DNA of 64,000 bases. Origin: Holosporales bacterium. GTDB taxonomy: Bacteria; Pseudomonadota; Alphaproteobacteria; Holosporales; Holosporaceae. The DNA is taken from contig JBILXO010000001.1 of assembly GCA_044378415.1 (NCBI GenBank), positions 11,130 through 75,129 on the forward strand, read 5' to 3'. A program made the position numbers and the translations under genes. The notes below the pieces were generated by a model. It was not told where the DNA came from. It did not search any database and saw only the letters and a program-made list of their open reading frames with translations. Below are positions 21,304 to 30,450 of the stretch, one piece after another. Each line of letters opens with the position of its first letter. Position 1 is the stretch's first letter.

Positions 21304-22320
21304 ATGAGCAACATGATAAAAATGCCAGAAGAATGTATTGAACCTAGAAACACTGGGGCCCTGGTAGGGTCCACAGATCAATCCATTGGCCTTTCTAAAA
21401 ACGATGCTGGACCTGTTGAATCTAAGGACGTTTTTGGGAAAGGATGCGTCCAATGGGATTGTCTGGAAAACAAGATGGATCTATCGGACACTGTTGGGTC
21501 AAACGGCAGAGATCTTTCACATACTACAGACTTGTGGGAAAAGATCGCAGAAATGACCCCGCCCCATCTCAAGGGCCAGTTTGACCGCAGCCCATTAAAG
21601 GGGGGGCATGATTCGGATGAAAATGGGGTGCCTTTTTTAGCCAGAACCCCATCAAGCCCATTGAATCAGAGCGGGCAATCTGAACAAGGAGATGTTCCTT
21701 TGGGAAAGTTCTTGGTTCTAGAGGGTGGTGAAGGCGTTGGAAAAAGCACTCAAATTCAAGCCATCGCTCATTTTTTACATACCAACGGCATTGCCCACAT
21801 CTTGACCCGTGAGCCTGGCGGAACGCCCCTTGCTGAACAGCTGCGTGCCGCAATCGTAGGCGAAGAGCTGGACTTGGACCCCATCGAGGAAATGCTGATG
21901 ATTTTGGCAGCCAGGCGGCATCATGTGCGCACGGTTATTCAGCCTGCTTTGTCTGGGGGTATGTGGGTTTTGTGCGATCGTTTTATCGATTCCAGTTTGG
22001 TTTACCAAGGCATTGTTGGTGGCTTGGATATAGATTTGATCGAACAGTGGCACCAATCTATTGGGTGCATTCTGGTTCCAGATAAGACGTTCATCTTGCA
22101 GGTTGACCCATTGGTTGCTTTGGAAAGACGGCGGGCCGATTACCTGGCATGCAATAAATTTGATCAAAAAGGCATTAATTTTCACAATAAAATTCATCAG
22201 GCTTATATTAAAATCGCAGAACGTCATCCTGAAAGAGCCGTTTTGATTGCCGCAGAAGGTGGGGTCGAAGACGTTCTTGCCATTGTGTTAGGGCATGTGA
22301 CCAGTATGATGGGTCTGTAG
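21304..22320 (+). CDS. tmk: Thymidylate kinase with a ~130-aa non-homologous N-terminal extension
   Basis: P-loop LEGGEGVGKST and TREPGGT begin at about residue 137. A strong SD (TAAGGAGGA, overlapping the nrdB stop) precedes ATG 21304. An alternative in-frame TTG at 21700 would give a canonical-length protein. Confidence 0.85.
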   Translation: MSNMIKMPEECIEPRNTGALVGSTDQSIGLSKNDAGPVESKDVFGKGCVQWDCLENKMDLSDTVGSNGRDLSHTTDLWEKIAEMTPPHLKGQFDRSPLKGGHDSDENGVPFLARTPSSPLNQSGQSEQGDVPLGKFLVLEGGEGVGKSTQIQAIAHFLHTNGIAHILTREPGGTPLAEQLRAAIVGEELDLDPIEEMLMILAARRHHVRTVIQPALSGGMWVLCDRFIDSSLVYQGIVGGLDIDLIEQWHQSIGCILVPDKTFILQVDPLVALERRRADYLACNKFDQKGINFHNKIHQAYIKIAERHPERAVLIAAEGGVEDVLAIVLGHVTSMMGL

Positions 22321-22399
22321 CAGTTTGGATTGAATTGGCTGCTAGAGGATTATGGCCATCCATCAGCACGACTAGGTGAAAGCTGAATCAGCTGCGATG

Positions 22400-22458
22400 C
22401 CCCCCCCTGACGAGCCAGGGACAGATTTGTACCCATAATGATTCAATGCGAATTTACC
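22400..22458. repeat. Copy 1 of a ~58-bp direct repeat starting with a C8 tract
   Basis: CCCCCCCCTGA(C/T)GAGCCAGGGACAGATTTGT...ATAATGATT(C)AATG.G.ATTTA.CC is shared with 22646-22704. Confidence 0.8.
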
Positions 22459-22565
22459 TCATAGATTTTGAAGATCTAAACTTCAAATCCGAAACATCTC
22501 TCTTTGCCCGCTTTTTTCTCGAGAAAACCCAACATCTTTATAGCCTATAGGTCCCAAATCTCATT

Positions 22566-22623
22566 CTGCATTGTGTTGATCATGGGACCCTATCCTGTAT
22601 TGTGTTGATCAGGAAACCTATCT
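22566..22623. repeat. Tandem ~29-bp duplication
   Basis: CTGCATTGTGTTGATCATGGGACCCTATC followed directly by CTGTATTGTGTTGATCAGGAAACCTATC. Confidence 0.7.
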
Positions 22624-22645
22624 TTTGCTCATCATCCAAGAAGCA

Positions 22646-22704
22646 CCCCCCCCTGATGAGCCAGGGACAGATTTGTGTCGATAATGATTAATGGGGATTT
22701 AGCC
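22646..22704. repeat. Copy 2 of the ~58-bp C8-tract direct repeat
   Basis: See copy 1. The two copies are 246 bp apart in a 1.7-kb region with no convincing gene. Confidence 0.8.
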
Positions 22705-24047
22705 AGCGGATCTTAATGTTTTCCTTGGGTGAATCTCCATAGAATGAATGTTCATAAATTTGCAACTTTGGAGCTCTTTGTTGGCTGGCTCATAGGGGGA
22801 CGTCTGAGGATGCCTTCAGAAATCCTCTTGCAATTTCCTGCCAACTTCATCTTGGTAGCGCCCCAGAGCTTTACAACTTCATCAGACCTGATTCAAGGGC
22901 AGATAAGGGAAACATAAGTTCAAGAAGAGGCGACCCCGTAGTGGCAAAACCAACGAGCACAATCAATGGGCAGAACCAATGGGTAAAACCAACGAATTTA
23001 CTGAAAACACCTCGATCATCCCAATGGGATTGGAGCATCAATCATCTTGGTTGATGTGTCTATATGGGGACTGGGATGGTGTTTTACCCTCTATCTTGGG
23101 AATAAAGGCATATATTTTTTTTTTAAGATTTGAAATAATAAGCCCTTTGACTTTTTGGACCAGGAGAGCGGGGGGGCAAAAACCAGAAGCAGAGCTGGAA
23201 TGGGTATTTGCAGGCGCAGGAGATGAAAACAGGTGGGGCTGGGGTGGTGATGGAGAAAGATTTGAGATCTCTCGGGTTGATGAATTTTTTAAAAATGCAC
23301 TCTTGGAGTGACGTTCATGCCATTGCGATGGAGAGCCTGTAGGCCAACAAGGGGTTTCTGTTTCAGAGAAAGGTTCGACAATCGGTGCAGAAGACTCGGG
23401 TGACATGGTGTGTGCAGACCAAAGGGTGCTTTTGCATCCACAGCGTGGACTGGTAAGAGACATTTTAGAGGGAATTCCATTCTAACGATGTTCTATCATA
23501 ACAAACCACAGCGCATCAAATGTCAACTGCCTTGAATGCAAAAACCGGTCCTGCATGATACTAGTTTCAGGCACCTCAGTCCATTAGAGTGCATTAGGGT
23601 GGGTTAGCCAGTTAGAGAGATCAATCTTCAAAAAGATCAATGGGTGGAAAAGACAATTGATTCTTGATGGGGCTGCTTGCACCATCATTCCCTGTTACTG
23701 TCCCGATCCCCCCAATGACCATTATCCCATAGGCCAACCTGCGATCCGGCTCTGACGGTACTGGCACCTCTTGGAAGTTTATAAGTATGAAGGGTGAGTA
23801 GGGGAAAAACATTCGTAAGCACCCAAGAAACGGTGCACGGATGCAAAGGAAGTCACAGTTAAAGATCAGAATGGATGTAGGATCTGTGAATTTTATGCGC
23901 CGAAAGGACGGGTTGGCTCTTGACGAGAGAAGGCCTTGCGTCGCATGCTAGAAGCAAGGCCAACGGTAAAAAAGTTCGGAATCATTAATGCGTATTTGGG
24001 ATAAAATTTTAGGGGCCAAAGGGCCTGTTTCACATCATCCAAACGCG

Positions 24048-24491
24048 ATGAATAGAAATTTTGTTCTTCTGGGCTGCGTTGTGGCATTTTTATCGGCTTG
24101 CGAGCGTGCAAATTTTTACCACGGTCACTGCATCAAACAGTGCGAGATCAGCGGATTTCAATTGGGTCGAACCACAAAAAATCAGGTGCTTCAACGCTTG
24201 GGAACACCAACCTGCGTCTTATCTTATGATCCAAATACATTGTACTACCTCAGCCATGTGGTGGCCAGTCAAGCCTTGCTAAAGACGGAACCCCTTTCTT
24301 CCAAATGCTTTGCCTTAACATTTTCAGAATCAGGAAACTTATCCAAAGTTGTTCTTTCAAGCAAGCCCTATCCCCTTGTGTGTTCCAAGGAAAGCACACC
24401 TTTGCCCTCGGAACATAATGAAGGTTTTTGGAAGCAAGTTATTCGTTCCTTCGAAGGCTCCATATCCGAGACGACCATTACTCCTTCTTAG
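24048..24491 (+). CDS. bamE: Outer-membrane lipoprotein BamE (SmpA/OmlA family)
   Basis: Lipobox signal MNRNFVLLGCVVAFLSAC, then GFQLGRTTKNQVLQRLGTPTCV..DPNTLYYLSHVV, typical of SmpA/OmlA. The ORF track starts at 23988. Confidence 0.65.
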   Translation: MNRNFVLLGCVVAFLSACERANFYHGHCIKQCEISGFQLGRTTKNQVLQRLGTPTCVLSYDPNTLYYLSHVVASQALLKTEPLSSKCFALTFSESGNLSKVVLSSKPYPLVCSKESTPLPSEHNEGFWKQVIRSFEGSISETTITPS

Positions 24492-24900
24492 TTCCAGCTG
24501 AGGGTGATGGGCATAATGGTGGTGGATAGGTCATTGCCCTTGCCTAGGGGGGGGCATACATCTTCCTTACCCCCAGAGTACTTCCTTTTAGGCTGTCTGG
24601 CTTCTTGCACATTATTCCCCCTTTTTCCATCCATTTGGATGAGGGTTCGCCATCTGTAGGAACAAGCCATATGTTTGATCTCGGTCTGTTGCATATTCCC
24701 AAGCATCATGGGCAAGGTTGTCATTTTACCTATGCCACTGATGCACACGCCATGGTCTGAATCCCCCTGGATTGAATGGGCGCCTTCAAGGGGAATGAAA
24801 CCCTTGTCCTGGAATTTGATCCCAGATCAGCCGCCTTTGGAACCATGGTTGGAATGTTTGAAAGCGCTTATTTTTAAATTCACGCCATCTTTATTTCTCA

Positions 24901-25785
24901 TCATCGTTTCGCCTGCATCCAAATGACTAAAATGCCCAATAAAATCCGGTATAGGGTGAATGGAACAGTGGACTCTCGACGGGATAAGCCCAACATGATG
25001 TGGAACATTGGCCAACTGCATAAAAAAGTTACAGACGTTATCAGGGTAAAAATCGGCACACAAGGAGAGTTTTTGACTATTTCAGGCAGTGAAAATAGGA
25101 TGCTGCCAGCCAAAACAGGTATTCCAAGGATCAGGCTGTATCGTGTGGCGGTAAAAAGAGAGTGTCCCAACAGGCGGCCCACAGTTACCGTAATGCCCAG
25201 CCGACTGACGCCAGAGCAGAGCATGGCCAACACCTGAGACAAACCAATTAAAAAAGAATCTTTGTAAGAAAAGAAACGAGGGTCCTGGGTCAAGCGATTG
25301 CCTTGCCATCGATTGGCCCACTCCATCCCAAGGGCAAATGCAATATAGACCCAGGCCATTGCAGATAGGGATAGGGTGAATGCATCAAAGAATAGGCGTT
25401 GCATGATGTAGACAACCGTTGCACCACCAATAAGACCCAGACCAGATAGCACAATGCCATTAAAGAAGAGTGCATCTTGGGCTCTTTGGCCGGTGTTTGG
25501 TCCAAATTTTAATCCAAAATGCTGGAAAAATCCCCTCCACAGAGAGACGAATTCATGTCGAAAAATCAAGCACAGGGCAAGAAGTGATCCAGCATGCAAT
25601 CCTGCCGCAATGGCCTTGGATGGCACGATGGCGGCATTCACCCATTGTGAATATACCATTAAATGAAAAGATGAGCTTATAGGAAAAGCCTCTGTTATAC
25701 CCTGAATAACAGCGCATATAATGTAATAATTTAGTAATTGCGACATAATAAGAAAAACAGATGCGGAATGAATAAACGGTACCAT
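24901..25785 (-). CDS. uppP: Undecaprenyl-diphosphate phosphatase
   Basis: ITEAFPISSSFHL (compare TEFLPISSSGHL) and a multi-pass membrane profile. The true start may be the Met at 25746. Confidence 0.85.
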   Translation of the reverse strand: MVPFIHSASVFLIMSQLLNYYIICAVIQGITEAFPISSSFHLMVYSQWVNAAIVPSKAIAAGLHAGSLLALCLIFRHEFVSLWRGFFQHFGLKFGPNTGQRAQDALFFNGIVLSGLGLIGGATVVYIMQRLFFDAFTLSLSAMAWVYIAFALGMEWANRWQGNRLTQDPRFFSYKDSFLIGLSQVLAMLCSGVSRLGITVTVGRLLGHSLFTATRYSLILGIPVLAGSILFSLPEIVKNSPCVPIFTLITSVTFLCSWPMFHIMLGLSRRESTVPFTLYRILLGILVIWMQAKR

Positions 25786-26035
25786 ATTTACCTATTTCGG
25801 AAAAGGCTTTCTGGTATTCTTTTGGACCCCCGGGATGTTTTTTCTGATAACTATTTGGTTTTTCAGCGCATTATTATTTTTATTTTATATTAAATTATTC
25901 CAATATGTTAAAAATAAAATTACATATTTTTCTGAATTCAAAATAAAATGCACTTTAATCTGCAGATATTTTGAGGATTTTTTTGAAATCAAACCTTGTA
26001 TGACAGAGTTGGGATGAATCCCCGTATGATAGAGC

Positions 26036-26767
26036 CTATCTATGTAAAACTTTGGCCAATGTGACGGCATGAATATGGTGGGCTCCGGCTTCACGCAAGG
26101 CATAAGTGCATGCATTCAAAGTAGAGCCAGTTGTAAAAACATCATCAATCAATAAAACGCTTTGACCATCCCAAGAGCGTCGCGATTCAAAAGCACCCAT
26201 GACATTTTCCCGCCTTTGTTGGGCTGAAAACCGACCTTGTGAAGGGGCCTTAAGCGGCCTAGTCAGACCCTGGAGTTTTACAGGAATGCCCGTCAGGCGA
26301 CCAATCTCTGTGGCCAAAATGGCAGCTTGATTGAACCCTCGTCCAGCCAGACGATTTTGGTGCAAAGGCACAGGAATAAGGCAATCAACAGGGTGTTGCA
26401 AAATTATGGGAACAATCCATGGCGCCAAAAGATTGGCCAAATACCGCTGACGCCCATGTTTTAATCCAAAGATAATTCGCCTAGAGACAGTGCCGTATTC
26501 CCACAATGCACGATGTCTGTTGAATAGCGGGGTTTGCAATCGACAAGAGTGACAAAGATCCCGCAGACCAAGAACACCTGGATTGCCACATAAATCACAA
26601 TAAGGCGGGGTGATAAAATGCAATTTCATCCAACATTGGGGGCAAAACCCTGGTGTATGGACGCAAGTCTGGCACCCTGGACACAGGTGCGGTAAAATAA
26701 AATCAAGCAATGCGCGCATAAGTCCTTTGGATTGGGGGAATGTGCTGTAAGTTGAGGTGAGGGCCAT
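26036..26767 (-). CDS. comF: ComF-family phosphoribosyltransferase-like protein
   Basis: Cys-rich N-terminus (CPGC..CPQC..C..C) plus the PRT motif VLLIDDVFTTGSTL. Confidence 0.75.
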   Translation of the reverse strand: MALTSTYSTFPQSKGLMRALLDFILPHLCPGCQTCVHTPGFCPQCWMKLHFITPPYCDLCGNPGVLGLRDLCHSCRLQTPLFNRHRALWEYGTVSRRIIFGLKHGRQRYLANLLAPWIVPIILQHPVDCLIPVPLHQNRLAGRGFNQAAILATEIGRLTGIPVKLQGLTRPLKAPSQGRFSAQQRRENVMGAFESRRSWDGQSVLLIDDVFTTGSTLNACTYALREAGAHHIHAVTLAKVLHR

Positions 26768-27371
26768 TTATAAAACTGTCACTGGGGCCTATAGGATAGG
26801 GATATTCCTATGAAAAAAAATCTAGATTTTTAAAAATTCCCTCTGTTTCTTGCATCTGCAAAATTTTTTTGAATGACAGTGGGATCCAGTGTACCAGGGA
26901 AAAAATCTTTACCATAGATTGCAGTCTAAATGACCCAGAATTCTGGGTTTCCAGCCCTACGTATTGTGGATTTCTAGCCCTGTTTTTGCGCGCCTTAATC
27001 AAAAGAATTCAAGGGGAAAAACTTCCAGATGGGCAGCTATTTCGTAAAAAGCTCTAGCAAGGAAGTCGGAATTAAGGGGCTTTGGATGACTCCAGCAGTG
27101 AAGTAAGAAAAATTTTAGAGCTGGGTAAAAGCTTGGAAGATTGAAAATTTCCAGCAATGATGGAGGCAAATCCCGAAGGCTTTTTTATGTGTTGCCTGGG
27201 TGGTCGCGTTACTGGTGTGGCCGTATTGCCGGTGTGGGGCTTGGCAGGATTAAACCCAATTGGCCCTATCTGCTTACCTATTGGATTCTGGTACCAGCCC
27301 CATGGGCATTCTATCCATATCTCCACACGGCTGGTATGATCTGTGTTGTTTGCGTGCAAAGATATTGCCAG

Positions 27372-27617
27372 ATGCAGCCTCGTGAAATTTTTGTTCATGT
27401 TACGCCAGGTGCTCGCTCTGCCCGTATCGTGGTGCGCCAAGATCCTGATCGCGGAGAAATCATCGGTGTTTATGTGACGGCAAGGGCCCACAATGGAAAG
27501 GCCAATCAGGCTGTGATCAAGGCACTGGCAGAACATTTTGCCATTCCGCCTTCGTACTTTCGCATCAAGCGGGGCATTCTGTGTCGGGATAAGACTATTT
27601 TGGTGTACCAATCTTAA
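27372..27617 (+). CDS. DUF167 (YggU-like) small protein
   Basis: MQPREIFVHVTPGARSARIV...IGVYVTARAHNGKANQAVIKALAEHFAIPPSYFRIKRG fits the DUF167 pattern (v.pgak / dGkAN / G..sr.K). The longer 27141 ORF start and the antisense 211-aa ORF were not preferred. Confidence 0.6.
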   Translation: MQPREIFVHVTPGARSARIVVRQDPDRGEIIGVYVTARAHNGKANQAVIKALAEHFAIPPSYFRIKRGILCRDKTILVYQS

Positions 27618-27846
27618 GTGGACTGATTTTCCCAGCAATGTCACTGGATTCATGTTATTGAGGCGCTTTATTGGGACTAATCTTCCCAGCAATGCTCTTT
27701 TTTTCATCTTATTGGGGCGCTTTATTGCCCCAAGATTCCCAAGATTTAGATTTTTTTGGGATTTCTCCCCATTCAGGGTGAGAATTTTTTGAATTGCACT
27801 TGAATTTCACTTATTGCCCATCCAAAATGTCCTGACCTTTAGGTCC

Positions 27847-27949
27847 CTGGGTAGAAAATTTTGGATGAATTCAGTCCATCAGATTGAGCCATTTCCAGAG
27901 ACGATTGTTTTTAGAGCCATGGCATGAATGCGGCCATGACGCATGTGAT
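27847..27949. repeat. Left copy of a 103-bp direct repeat; an orphan duplicate of the bolA 3' end
   Basis: 100/103 identical to 29700-29802. Read on the minus strand it encodes HMRHGRIHAMALKTIVSGNGSI-stop, against HMRQGRIH... in the intact gene. Confidence 0.9.
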
Positions 27950-28155
27950 ATCTGGCCCGGGGTGAGTCAGCGATCCATGGAATACAGAGTCACCGGCAAG
28001 AGCAGGTATTTTTAGGGTATAGGTAGGTGAAGCTGGCAGAATCCGAATTAAATCATGGATATGCAATGCCATCGATATGCAATGCTTGGGGTGCGTATTC
28101 ACACCCCGATTGATAAAAAAAATGTAATTTTATATTATTTTTTCAGTTTTTTATT

Positions 28156-29502
28156 TTAAAAGTTTAAAAGTCTGTACAATCTTTCTTGAAGTTTTTCATG
28201 ATCTTTTGAAACTTGTTTAAGATTTTCCAATTCTTTTTTCATCCAATCTTTGTAAGAGCTTTTATCCATTTTATTCACTACACTGCTTTCTATCATTTCC
28301 GCACTTTGTTCTATATTTGGAATTACGGTATCGCAAATACTGTCGATATTTTCAATATCCTTTTTTCTCATATAGCCTTGTTTTTCAGCATTCGTTACAT
28401 CAGCTCGAATCTGTCCTACAAAATTATTTGCTGCACTTAAGTAAGAACTAATTGACTCAAAAACTCCTTGTTGCATTACATTATCAAGTAATTCAAATGT
28501 TCCTACTATTTTAAGACCCAGTATTTTATAAACTGCACCGCTGACATTAGTGATAGATTCTCTGGAAGCATCTTCTAATGTCAGAGTCCTGAAAATGGAT
28601 CTCGCATCCTCTAATACTGAAGTGAATTCACGAAATGATTTGTTGTTAGCGCTTTTGTATTCGTCATATTGCTGTTGTTGGTATTGCTGGTATTGCTGGT
28701 ATTGCTCTTGTTGCTGCTGATTTCTCTGTTGTTGTTGGTATTGTTGGTATTGCTCTTGCTGCTGTCTCTGTTGCTGATATTGATTCCACCCTGTCTGTTC
28801 TTGTTGTTGTTGCTGATTCCACCCTGGCTGTTGCTGCTGCTGTCTCTGTTGCTGATATTGATTCCACCCTGTCTGTTCTTGTTGTTGTTGCTGATTCCAC
28901 CCTGGCTGTTGCTGCTGTTGTTTCTGTTGTTGTTGCTGATTCCACCCTGGCTGTTGCTGCTGCTGTCTCTGTTGCTGATATTGATTCCACCCTGTCTGTT
29001 CTTGTTGTTGTTGCTGATTCCACCCTGGCTGTTGCTGCTGTTGTTTCTGTTGCTGCTGCTGATTGTTTTTTTCGGCATTATCTTTTGACTCTTCATCATT
29101 CCCATTCGAGTCTTTAAGTGGATTGCTTTTTTTATTTTTATCAAAATTAGACGTAAATATCTTATAGAATTTATTCATACTCTCTTCAGTAGATTCGTCA
29201 ATTGACAATTTTTTCAGTAAAGTTTTTATTTTGTCTGGATGAAATAAAAGGCCCATTGCTCCTTTTAAACTTCGACCTCTGTTCAAAGTATTGGGAAGGT
29301 CTGTTTTAAATGTTTCTATGAATTCTTCATTTGAAAAGTTTGGATTTTCTTCTGAAAATTTGCTAATTTTTTTGATTAGCTCAACATTTACATCATCTTT
29401 TTCATCGATAGTTTTGTTTTTTTTTGTAAGTTCACTCATCATGGCATCTGTATTGTTTGTCAAGCATTGTGAAAGCAATAGAATAATTATTATTTTTTTC
29501 AT
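28156..29502 (-). CDS. Secreted protein with a central Gln/aromatic-rich prion-like repeat domain
   Basis: 448-aa ORF with signal peptide MKKIIIILLLSQCLTNNTDA. Residues ~148-282 are almost pure Q, with seven (P/T)GWNQ motifs followed by QQYQQYQQQQ-type repeats. A helical-looking C-terminal domain follows. The flanks are very AT-rich. Confidence 0.8.
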   Translation of the reverse strand: MKKIIIILLLSQCLTNNTDAMMSELTKKNKTIDEKDDVNVELIKKISKFSEENPNFSNEEFIETFKTDLPNTLNRGRSLKGAMGLLFHPDKIKTLLKKLSIDESTEESMNKFYKIFTSNFDKNKKSNPLKDSNGNDEESKDNAEKNNQQQQQKQQQQQPGWNQQQQQEQTGWNQYQQQRQQQQQPGWNQQQQQKQQQQQPGWNQQQQQEQTGWNQYQQQRQQQQQPGWNQQQQQEQTGWNQYQQQRQQQEQYQQYQQQQRNQQQQEQYQQYQQYQQQQYDEYKSANNKSFREFTSVLEDARSIFRTLTLEDASRESITNVSGAVYKILGLKIVGTFELLDNVMQQGVFESISSYLSAANNFVGQIRADVTNAEKQGYMRKKDIENIDSICDTVIPNIEQSAEMIESSVVNKMDKSSYKDWMKKELENLKQVSKDHEKLQERLYRLLNF

Positions 29503-29699
29503 AAATTTTCCCTATGTTGTTTGTTTTTTGCTAAAATTTTTTAACAAATTTAGCGCATCTATAATATAATAAAATGAATTAATTAAAAAAACAATATAAA
29601 ATATGTGAGATTCTTGATTGATTGTCAAGATTTTTTTGAATATCGCAATAAGTGAACGACAGTTGATTTACATCTGAATTGCCAAATGAATTTAACGTG

Positions 29700-29802
29700 C
29701 TGGGTAGAAAATTTTGGATGAATTCAGTCCATCAGATTGAGCCATTTCCAGAGACGATTGTTTTTAGGGCCATGGCATGAATACGGCCCTGACGCATGTG
29801 AT
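29700..29802. repeat. Right copy of the 103-bp direct repeat (3' end of intact bolA plus 32 nt downstream)
   Basis: See 27847-27949. Confidence 0.9.
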
Positions 29803-30391
29803 CCAAGGCAGCATAAACCATTTGATGACAGGCCATTCTGGATTTTTCAGAAAAAGCCGCACTGGCAACAGTGACCGACAAATGCTGATCGTCACCCCTG
29901 GTATCCTGCACCTGAATGACCCCATTGGGAAAAGCGGCAATCAGGCGCGCCTGAATCCAATCCACATTAGACATGAGCGCGTCAGAATCGTTTTCAAAAT
30001 TGCGAAAACGGTCCGCACCCTCGGCATCAGCCAAAGTCTGGCTGCTTTTTGAGGTTCTGGCACTTGTCAAATCCCCTGCATCAGTTTCCTTCCCAGTGCC
30101 CATTGCATGGCCCCTTGGAAGAACACCAATTTCTGCAAGAACAGGGGCCTGACCATTGAAAATTTCATCCCGAAAGCCAATGACCCTATGGGTAGGGGCT
30201 GCTGCTGGGTCAGCCGTTTCTTCAGATTCATGTTCAGAAACCTCTAAAACAGGCGATGGGATTCTGCCATACGCCCTGCCTTTCCCCCCGATGGGTTCTT
30301 TTTCCACAACATCCTCCGCCACGCCACCCATTTCTTTGGTTGCACCAAGGGTGTTGCTTGGAATGGTCCTGGGATGTGAAAAATAAATCAT
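29732..30391 (-). CDS. bolA: BolA-family protein; the BolA domain is the C-terminal 80 aa and the start is uncertain
   Basis: MSNVDWIQARLIAAFPNGVIQVQDTRGDDQHLSVTV..FSEKSRMACHQMVYAAL....RIHAMALKT is a BolA signature. A canonical-size protein would start at 29974. The open frame continues to 30391 as a low-complexity extension. Confidence 0.65.
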   Translation of the reverse strand: MIYFSHPRTIPSNTLGATKEMGGVAEDVVEKEPIGGKGRAYGRIPSPVLEVSEHESEETADPAAAPTHRVIGFRDEIFNGQAPVLAEIGVLPRGHAMGTGKETDAGDLTSARTSKSSQTLADAEGADRFRNFENDSDALMSNVDWIQARLIAAFPNGVIQVQDTRGDDQHLSVTVASAAFSEKSRMACHQMVYAALDHMRQGRIHAMALKTIVSGNGSI

Positions 30392-30450
30392 TGCAATTAC
30401 TCTGGATGGCGTGGATAGAGGGTGAGACTGGGGGCAATAAATAACAGGGT

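Noticed and set aside
22407-22660. CTGA(C/T)GAG at the start of both 58-bp repeats resembles the hammerhead ribozyme CUGANGA core, and the variable N is the position that differs between copies.
   Set aside because: I could find no GAAA element, stem II closure, or NUH cleavage-site helix at appropriate spacing on either strand. The resemblance is limited to 7-8 nt.
27072-27707. A 211-aa minus-strand ORF and the 158-aa long version of the plus ORF at the DUF167 locus.
   Set aside because: Only the C-terminal 81 codons of the plus frame match a known family (DUF167). The long antisense ORF has no recognisable features.
28611-29144. 119-177-aa ORFs in other frames or on the other strand of the Q-repeat (S/N-rich, T/A-rich, poly-Leu).
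   Set aside because: They are by-products of the CAG/CAA-rich repeats. Only the Q frame connects a signal peptide, an N-domain and a C-domain in one 448-aa ORF.
29230-29270. LLFHPDKIKTLL in the N-domain of the Q-rich protein looks like the HPD loop of a J-domain.
   Set aside because: The ~25 residues before it do not show the helix I/II pattern of J-domains (no Y..LG.. or basic helix II). An isolated HPDK can occur by chance.
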